From Eutreptiella sp. 'Long Island Sound 2002' (taxonomy: Eukaryota; Protista; Euglenida), in NCBI GenBank assembly GCA_964036045.1, contig OZ038378.1:7936001-8000000 (forward strand): 64,000 nt of DNA, in the 5' to 3' direction. This document shows positions 55,664 to 64,000 of the stretch, one piece after another (position 1 is the stretch's first letter; each line of letters starts with the position of its first letter). The notes below the pieces were generated by a model. That model worked only from the letters and a program-made list of their open reading frames with translations, did not search any database and was not told the DNA's origin. Both the position numbers and the translations under genes were made by a program.

Positions 55664-56355
55664 GGGGGAATGTTTGCCCGGCGCGCGCCCGGCGCGCTAC
55701 CTTTCTATTAACTATCCGACTTCAGCCCGAGATTTACCCTCTCATGGAGAAGCCCCCCAAATAGACCATGATGGACTGCGCACCTTCCCTGCAAAGCACG
55801 TTGCAAAATAAAGCAATATCTGTGAATTCAGCAACTCCAACTGTCATCTGTATTGTACTTAACAAACAACATTGGTCCCACAAGTGTGGGTGTCAATACA
55901 TTCAGTAAAATATTGCTCCTTACACTCATCACAAACTGCGACGGTGGAGCGCTTCTGGCAACACAACACACACACTTCTGCCTCATCCTTTGCCTCATCT
56001 TGCGTGCCACAACCGAGCAAACAGCTGCTCAATGCGCGCCCTATACCACCCGTGCATGTCATTATAACATTGTTGGCGGGCTGTCAAAGTGCCATTCTTT
56101 CTTCCAATGAATGGCACAATGACATGAATCCGGCCTTTGTAAGCACCATCATGGCCCCCAACTTCGAAATCAAAGAAATCACCTCGGATACGAGAAGGTC
56201 CATACCCATCCCAAATCAAAACATCTCCTGATGTCCCGGGGGCCAAAGGGCAAATCCATATAATGTTGCCCAACATATCAACGGCAACAGTCCACCGGTG
56301 GGGCACGGGTCACAAAAGATGCCCGGCGCGCGCCCGGCGCACTAACGTTCCCCCC
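55664..56355 (-). mobile_element. Internally deleted PIF/Harbinger-type (DDE_Tnp_4) transposon
   Basis: ORF 55995-56306 reads VAVDMLGNIIWICPLAPGTSGDVLIW..GGHDGAYKG..VPF..LTARQQCYNDMHGWYRARIEQLF (second D and the E). TIR-like ends GGGGGAATGTT / AACGTTCCCCCC, with subterminal GCCCGGCGCGCGCCCGGCGC direct repeats. Confidence 0.85.
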
Positions 56356-57499
56356 AAAGGTACTTCGCATGCGGATGATCAGCAGTAAGTTGAGGTCACA
56401 CCTCAAGGGGCTTTTCTGTACTGGCATAATCTACAACTCACCGACGTCCGCAGCAGAATTTCCAGGGGAAAAAATGGGTGTGGATCATCTTTCTGACTCC
56501 ACTCAATCATGCTGAAGGATAGTGCAGATGAGTTTATCACAGATGTCAGCTTTACAAGAAAATGTAGATAGAAACAGCATAGAACCCTTGCTTCTCCCCT
56601 TCTACTTGTTTCGCACCCTCTGACCTTGGGTTGACAAACCAGATGGTCTGGCCGAAAGAGTGCCAGCCTTGCACAGGACCAAGCTGGTGAACGAAGCAAG
56701 GTATGTAGTGCCATGTGGGCCAAGTGTCGTTGCCCACAAGACACGACGGAACAAGGACAGGCGTCTTCCTTGGTTAGAACAGCTGTACATAGAAATGGAA
56801 AGAATACTTCCATTGCTGCATATGCATACCAGGGTGTGCATGTGTGGAGCGCCTTTTGGCCTGTGTTTGGCTGGGGCTGCTGGCTAGCCCCCCCCAAACC
56901 TATCCCCCACGGGGCCGTGGATCCAATGTTCCGACAACGGTCTGGATGAACTCGGGTGATTCAGGGAATGGTTCATGGCCCTTGGGGCCCTCTGGGCCCT
57001 AAGTTAGTGCGGCCAAATTTTCCATCATTGTGCAGTTCGTAAAAGCAAATGCCATTGATATTGCGGCCTTGCAAGAGCCCCACCCATCCGCGCCTTGACA
57101 AGTATTGGACATGCAGAGGCGCTCCGACAAGGGTATCATTTCTTTGCAAATCTCACGTCACATGGCATGAGAAGGTACCCGTATTGCGTGCAGGCATGGT
57201 TGAGAAGTCAAAAGAACATGCTTTCCTTTGAGCCTAGAATTATGTTTACAGTGCTTAAGAATATGGATATAAATTTGTGTGGTGTCTGCTCATTTCTCTC
57301 ACAGAGCCCGCAAGAGGAAAGAGCGGTGGGAAAGCGTGTTGATGGAGCTTATGGCTCTTCCATATGATGATTGCTGTTCAATCATAATTCTTTGATTGTG
57401 CCCTCTAGGGACTCTAGGGATGAATCACAGGCAATCGTAGAGGCGCGTGACACAAAAACCATGGCATTACAGAAGCTGCAGCTTCAAGATGCCGTACTT

Positions 57500-59200
57500 G
57501 CAAGTGCACCCTCAGCAAAACGCCAAGCACACAACCCACTCCAGAGATTTTTTACTTATGGGTTTGGTGTTCATGGCATGTTGCCTTGGGGCTCCTCGGA
57601 GTCTGATGATGATTCCCACCCTTTCCTCCCCATGGGGGCGATTGCCAAGTAACGCATCACCCACGGGTATCCCACTTGAGCAGGTCTGCACGTAACCCCA
57701 CGTGACCTTTTTGTGACCATTTTTCATTTTTGTGGCCAGACCAATGAAATTTCGGGTCATCACCGAAAGGGACCCAAAATCTGGTGCATCAGCTGTGGGT
57801 GTCTTCATGGTTACTTATCTTTCGCCCAGACAAATTGCACACACGTAGATTTTCAATTTGTTGCCTCCGCCTGATGAGGCTGCAGTCGTGCTGTCTGCCG
57901 TCCGTGGTCCTTGACTCTTTTTTGTTGCTATGTTGTCTCCAGATTGTGGTGGGATAAGCACACTACTGGTCCGGGCCATGTTTGTCTTTTCCGGCGAGGG
58001 GAGCCTTTTGGGGTGGGGGGGGGGGGGGGGATGACAGACCACAGCAGATGGCATCCTCCACTGGAATGTGCTCCAAGATAGCTGATGACATGATATTGTC
58101 AATCATTTTGGTGTGCCAAAGAAATTTCGGAGCCTGTGCCTGCCCTCGAAGGTGCAGCCTCGGGGCATGTGTATCGTGCAAGGGTGAATTCGCTGGGGGC
58201 CATGGGGGTGATGTCTGAATTATAAACTCTACTCAGAGGAGCATCAAATGCCACATCTCCACCGCGGGGGTCGTGAGCATTTCGAATGAAAAGCGGTCCT
58301 TTTCGGGGGATATCCGCACCAGATCCCGATACAAAATCACGCGAAGGTCGGGTATGCAAAGCAGAAGAAAGAGCGCCGCCTGTAACACAGCGGAAGGGGA
58401 TGGCAATACAACGACCCAAAAACACTCCTATTGCAAAGAAGCACACAAACGGCACACTCCTGCAGGACAAGGACAGAGGAATCCGCGATAATGCTCCAAC
58501 TGCTGCTTGTGTAAGTCCTGCACCACAGAGACCATGGTTCAATCAAGTGCGGCCTGATGGGGTGCCCGTGCTTGAACAAGGCTGCGCTTGTGCAAGGAGG
58601 GACGCTACATGACAGCCAAGCAAACGCTCACACAGAGCCTTGTCCCTGGGGTCATGGCGTCGCGCCGCCGTGCAGAGGATCGCAGAACGGGGAGGCGAGA
58701 ACAAAGCCAGAGGGGCAGGGGTCACTTAAAAGCCACAACATCTCCTGTTCCATCGAATTCGAGACGACGGCGGCATAGCCCTAAACAACACACCCACAGG
58801 AGTTTGTTCCCATCGTCACACCACAGTATTGGTCTACATTCTTGTGGATGCCATAGGTCCTCGGATTGAAATGCTGCTGAACCATCACTAGGCCAGTGAT
58901 AAGAACACCCTGAAACAGAGCAAGGGTCTGATAAGAAAGTACAAGGACATGCGGTGCAAGCGGAAGTAATGCAATGGTCACGGCACCGGGGGGGCAGTAC
59001 AGTTCACCGCCCCAACCCGTACAGTATCATCAAATCTGAGCATTTTGGGTGTAAACACGTGTGGGGGAAAAAATTTGGTGCCCCAGTCCACAGAGGCCGA
59101 AATTTTTTTTCCAGGCGCGGTTGGCGCCGTTGATGGTTCCTCATCGTTCACCATGGGGAGGTCACACAAGGCCAACTACTCTGTTATTGGAGTACCGGAG
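57500..59200 (-). mobile_element. Heavily decayed DNA-transposon-like remnant (possibly MULE)
   Basis: Fragments such as NPRTYGIHKNVDQYCGVTMGTNSCG..YAAVVSNSMEQ and ALCERLLGCHV loosely resemble MULE DDE motifs. Many stops. Confidence 0.25.
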
Positions 59201-59802
59201 CAGTAGTCAACGGCACATTGCCCAATGGACCTGACGTACCCGACACGAAGCATGTCTGCAGGCGTAGTTCGGGTCATGTCAGGACGACGCACTGCACGTG
59301 GCACCACCACGATGACGATGCCCCGGCATCACACCCGGAAAGGGACGCCTGGAGGTGGACGCCAACATCCAGCGGGAGTAATGGTCATTTCGGGTTCCAG
59401 CGCTGCTTCAAATCCGAGAGGCTCCACAACACACGCCTCGGCACTGGGTTTAGCACCGCCGCACGGACACCGCCCAGGGCGTCTTCACACCGTCAGCGCC
59501 ACTCAGCGAGGGCAAGACCACCGTCGATCTGTGAAGAGACCCGCCACGCCCCACGTCGACGGATTGCTCTCCGCTGTTCCTCCGCCGCGTGCCCAGGGCC
59601 CCAAGGGCCTGCTCCACTGCCTTGCGGAACCCCGTGGCTTTGGGCTCTTGGCCCTCAGGCCCCCTGCCACTGGGGGCTCCGCCTTCTTGCAGCCCCACGC
59701 CCCCGCCGCGCCCCGTGAGGGAGTGCAACACAGCGCCAACGCCCTCTGAGGCTATGGCCCTCGACCAACACGACGCAATGAGTGCCCGTTGCTGCGGCCC
59801 CG

Positions 59803-60474
59803 TCAGGACTGATCCGAATAGAGCTGCGGGTTGTAGCCGGTGCGGTCGGGTCGGTGCCGCAGAGCCCCGCGCTCCGTGGCCCTTTGCAGCGCCAGCGCCG
59901 AGTACGCACGGCACGCCCGTTGCACTGCGGTCAGCCTGGGGAGCTGCGGGCCGTCGTGAGACAGCAGGTCCGCGCAGAGCGCCACGGCCTCGGCGGTCGA
60001 CAGCGTGCCCTCGTTGGCCTTGCGGACAGTGAAGGCGGGGCGCACGTCGCGACAGTCGAGCGCGATGCACCGCAGCCGCTGCAGCGCCGGAGACGCACGG
60101 AGCATTTCGGTGGCGAACTGCCACGTGGCGTCGAGAGCTACGAGGGTCTCGACGTCGGTGGGCGGGGCGCACTCGGCGGAGAGCACCGTCGCCCCCTCCG
60201 CCGGGTACAGCAGTGCACACGCGTCCGGTCTGTCGTACACGTCAACAAGTGCATTGCGGGGACAGCGCTGCCCCCGCAGCGCCTTCGCGGTCTCAATTTC
60301 CACGCGGTCGAGGCAGCCGCTGATGATGAAATCAGTTCGGTTGGCCCGTTCGCGCTCCTTCGGGTGTTGGAGCACGAGGAGTCTGCAGGGGCTGGGGAGT
60401 TTGTCCGGCGGAAATGCGTCGCAGATGCATGCGGCTTTGGGGCGGCCACAGACCCCAGTGCAGTACTCACGCAT
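59803..60474 (-). CDS. DTW-domain protein (tRNA-uridine aminocarboxypropyltransferase, DTWD2/TapT-like); intronless, 223 aa
   Basis: Motifs CxxxCGRPxxxCIC, LQHPKE, LLYP, LVALDATWQFA and TLSTAEAV. An acceptor AG at 60519-60518 lies upstream of ATG 60474; the ORF-track start 60594 is less likely. Confidence 0.88.
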   Translation of the reverse strand: MREYCTGVCGRPKAACICDAFPPDKLPSPCRLLVLQHPKERERANRTDFIISGCLDRVEIETAKALRGQRCPRNALVDVYDRPDACALLYPAEGATVLSAECAPPTDVETLVALDATWQFATEMLRASPALQRLRCIALDCRDVRPAFTVRKANEGTLSTAEAVALCADLLSHDGPQLPRLTAVQRACRAYSALALQRATERGALRHRPDRTGYNPQLYSDQS

Positions 60475-61128
60475 GTGTTCAACCGCAAATCGCACAGCCA
60501 ACCGTGCGGAGATACTCCTGGAGACTATGGGCAATGAGGGGCAGCTGAGTGAGCCATGCATGAGATGTGGGGGCTGCGGCATCACACATCGCATATGATG
60601 GTCCTATGTGGTCGTCCATCAGGGGAACATTCACCTGAGTGGGTACCACGGGGTCACACGTGATGTGGGTGAGTCCCACGGATGTGGGTGAGTCCTACGG
60701 AGCCACATATCAAGGGGGTGGGTGGGTGGGTAACACTGACGCCAATGTGTACCAGCCAGGCACATCACAGGCAAGTGCGAAGACCGGTCCACCGGTCCAC
60801 CGGCAGGACATTGTGCATCAGGTGTTATGGAGCTTCTAAGGCTGTGTGCCGCGACAACCAACGGTCAATTCTCAATACTGTTTGTTCTCGTTGTCAAGTG
60901 ACAACAGCCCTCCTTGTCCAAAATACGCCTAAATCCAAAAGAAGACTATGATCAGTATACAGAACTGTCAATGCCTGTTGAATGGGACATCTTTGCTGGT
61001 CATGATGCTTGATCTTTGAGATAATATGGCTTTCAATGGGTAGACAGAGGGCACATAACCACAAATGAACCCATTTTAACAGTCTGCATGCAACCCATTG
61101 GGAGGACAAGAAGAAGACAAAAAAGTGG

Positions 61129-61371
61129 CTGTGGGGCTGATGGCCACATGGGGGCCGTACACAACCAGCACGTTGTGGTTCTTGGGCACGTGGTGGGCGA
61201 AAGCCTTGAATCCGGTTTTGCCAGCAAAAGGGATGCCCCCCAGGCCGGCAAAGTCGAATTCTTCCCGAAATGCTGCAAAAGCAAATGCGACAGGTCCCCC
61301 AAAGAGTTCTGAATCTCAGTAGGGTAGAAGCTGGTGGCCAGCATCGTGGTGTCGGAGGAGAAGTTTGGCAC
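61129..61371 (-). pseudogene. LCIB: LCIB/LCIC-family (theta carbonic anhydrase-like) coding segment, frameshifted and apparently truncated
   Basis: VPNFSSDTTMLATSFYPTEIQNSLGDLSHLLLQHFG, then a one-base shift at the CCC run (61264-61266), then EEFDFAGLGGIPFAGKTGFKAFAHHVPKNHNVLVVYGPHVAISPT. This matches the LCIB signature GGLxGxPFxGxTGxxAxxHHVP...GPHV. The CxDE motif reads YPTE. Confidence 0.8.
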
Positions 61372-61412
61372 CTTCAAGTGTAGAAATTGTAGAAACATGA
61401 AAATCAATACCC

Positions 61413-61935
61413 CCCCCCTTCCCGTGTCCAACGATCAATTTTTGTCCTCAAAAAATACGGTCCGAACGGGGTGTACGTTGGACACGCCATTCGGTGCACG
61501 CAACAATATTGCAAAACGGCGGTAACACATCCCTAGGCACAAGACACCCACCCCATTCAAGGCACAAAGGGATGGAGGCCTCCAATTCGCACTTTTCAGA
61601 GTAGAAGCCCTTGTTGCGGTGCCGCTCCATGCGGAAAAGCTGAACATGCTCTCCGAGCTTGGGGCCCTACTTGTTCTTGGCACAGGTAGAAGTGGCAGCC
61701 CGATCTGGCTTAGGGACCGGTGGGACAAACACCGCTTGTATAGCATTCCCTCACATCCTGCTTTACAAATTTGCCCACAATTACTCACTACAACCCCTCA
61801 TTTCCCCAATCCTTTGGCCTGAAACCTCGATTCTGAAGCCCTGTACATAATTACGTACGTAATTAATTCGGTCCTAAAAAAATATGGTCCGGACGGAAGT
61901 GTTCGTTGGACACGGCATTCGTTGGACACGGGGGG
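61413..61935. mobile_element. MITE with CCCGTGTCCAACGA / TCGTTGGACACGGG termini
   Basis: Inverted termini embedded in C/G runs, with repeated ggtccg.acgg..gt..cgttggacacg subterminal motifs. Confidence 0.65.
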
Positions 61936-63060
61936 GGGGGGGGGACAAATTATGTGAGTGCCAAAAAACCGCCGCCACTCTGGGGAGGACAAGGCAGACT
62001 TGGCCATAAAAATGGCGATGGGTCGGCATCTCGTGAGGTGAATTCTCAGGCATAGAAGGCATTAGTGCAGGCTTTGTCGACGGAGGCGCCATCAGGAGTC
62101 CACACAAATCGTCATTGTGTCCCTTGGCCGTAAGCAAGGCAATGGGTGCTACCCTCCATCTTCTCACTGAAAAACATCTCATGTGTCATGACTGCATCAT
62201 CTAGGCATCTAGATACCAAATGCATAGTATCACCCATGTATGTGTATCACAAGGATTTCGTAAAGCGTCGCCATTTTGATTAAAACCGTGAGCGACACGA
62301 ATAACCTGCATGGTAATGGCTTTGTGCAACCAAAGGGTCTTGTACACGTAGAATGCCCGGGAGGGTTGTGCATTGTGGGGCTGGGGAGAGAAGACAGCCA
62401 TGAAGATGTCGGTTGCAGCCAAGGTGAACACAGAGACACAGGGTTTCCTTTTCATTTGCTTCGATGGGATTTCAAAAAGGGCCGACCAGTGGAGCAGGGT
62501 GCATACCAACCTCGCCCAAACAACCTCATAACCACGAAACACTGAAACTCACCATCTACAGGTCAAACTTTGCACCTAAAAATCACAGAGCACTCCTGAA
62601 ATACGTCCAATCTAATCTGTAAACATGGCCCTTGCACTCACTATTTGGAGTCATATAGGGGCTGTCTTGAAGGAAAAAGCCAGAGAGGGAAATCAACTGG
62701 GCATGTCTATGTCACAAACATTTCACTGCATCTGCTTGTCCACAAGCCTGGTAAAGATAGGTATCGCCATCTTCCTCATCAGGCTTTCGTGGAAAAGTCA
62801 GGTTTGAGTTGCAGTGCACTTCCCTGGAGATGGAGACGCTATCATCTGGAGACTGTTCCGTTGGGGCATTGTAGACACCCCATGCATCGCTGAGGACTGT
62901 GCACGGTGTGTTGGGGGGGTGGCTGGTATTAAATTGCTTGCCCCTATTCCTATTCGTTCTTCAGAGGGGGCATTGCATGCGTTGCGGACACACTATGTGC
63001 GAACCTTGTTTTCCATACCACCATTCGGAAATCCATCATAAGGCAAGTTTGAGCAACTGA

Positions 63061-63165
63061 GTGATTCCCATTTGTTCCACATTTCTTCATTTTGCAGATG
63101 GAGGGGGTTTCAACAATGGAGACTCACTATGGACCAGGGCCTCGTCGGCCCTTCCTTCCACACAT
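63061..63165. repeat. Dispersed repeat, copy of 27511-27620
   Basis: Direct similarity seen by eye. Confidence 0.8.
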
Positions 63166-64000
63166 TGCGTGACATGGAATGCTTTGGGATCTGGGGCATG
63201 GAGGGATCCCCACCCCATTGGGAAATTGAGGAGCGCAGAAAGAAAAAAAAAGGACTGGTTTTAGATCAGGGGGATGTTGCAGGGGCCACAATTTCGAGAA
63301 CCTGGGACCGAATGGAATCAAATTAATCAATCAGCCCATTACAGTCACCAGGGTGACAGCCTCCTGGGAGCCCTCAAGAGCGGACAGCACGACTACCCCT
63401 CCCCCATCCTGCAGACACTTTCCGACGCATAGCCCCTTCAGACCATGTGCAGTTGCATTCCACGGGCCGTGATTTGCAAACACCTGCATTGCATGGCGTT
63501 TCATACTGCGTGCCTTTCCACTTGCGGGAGGTTCCAGGATCTGTGCTGAAAGTGGTGTGCCGAGTTCATGCAGGGCAAACACCCCGTGCAAGTGCACGGT
63601 AGCCCGAGCAAAGCTAAATCAAGCAGTCCTTCCTGTGACATTCCGTCCCACACGCGCCGTTCATTAGTGAAGCAGCAGCGCGAAAGCGCAATCTATTGGG
63701 GTCCTAATCGTTGGATCAGCAGGTCGTTGGACTCAGAGCTTCCCCGTTCATCTTACTGGGCCGTCTTTTTTTGCACACAACCATAGAGATGCAGAATACC
63801 TCAAACCAAATCTCCTGCATGCTCAGGCACACTCTCACAAGTGGGTTCATGTCACCAAAACGAGCATGAGGAAGGTCATAGGAAGGTCGCCGCACGACCT
63901 CAACCGGGTGCCTAGCCCCCGAACACTCTGCAGTCAGCCCTCAGACGTGGAAGAGTATCCAGCAGTATGTATCACAGACAGCAATGCTTGCACCAACACC

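Noticed and set aside
59450-60598. Overlapping ORFs of 250 aa or similar in other frames
   Set aside because: Expected in very GC-rich DNA; only the DTW frame has family motifs.

Overview
Eukaryotic, repeat-rich nuclear DNA with no prokaryotic operons, rRNA, CRISPR or intact tRNA genes. It is most likely from a euglenid (inference from GTGYG/GTATG-type intron donors, pyrimidine-tract-AG sites 3-45 nt upstream of each start codon consistent with SL trans-splicing, TTAGGG-like repeats and long G/C homopolymers). All recognisable genes lie on the minus strand: an intronless secreted calcineurin-like metallophosphoesterase with an inserted PAN/Apple domain (7540-9156); two in-frame orphan exons (21967-22566); an intronless CAMK-group kinase (28838-30142); a 12-exon, 490-aa flavin polyamine/amine oxidase reconstructed by hand across 34250-53420 (ten GT-AG introns, one GC-AG); a GC-rich intronless DTW-domain gene (59803-60474); and a frameshifted LCIB/theta-carbonic-anhydrase-like segment (61129-61371) that the ORF track misses. 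The rest is a dense mosaic of mobile DNA: LINEs inserted into (CA)n microsatellites (one with a duplicated Cys/His motif at its C-terminus), a tRNA-derived SINE with a 17-bp TSD, PIF/Harbinger-type transposase remnants with a C-terminal Cys cluster, several MITEs, TIR elements sitting in telomere-like arrays with an internal 420-bp satellite, minisatellites and foldback arrays. All coordinates and translations were done by eye and no database searches were run.
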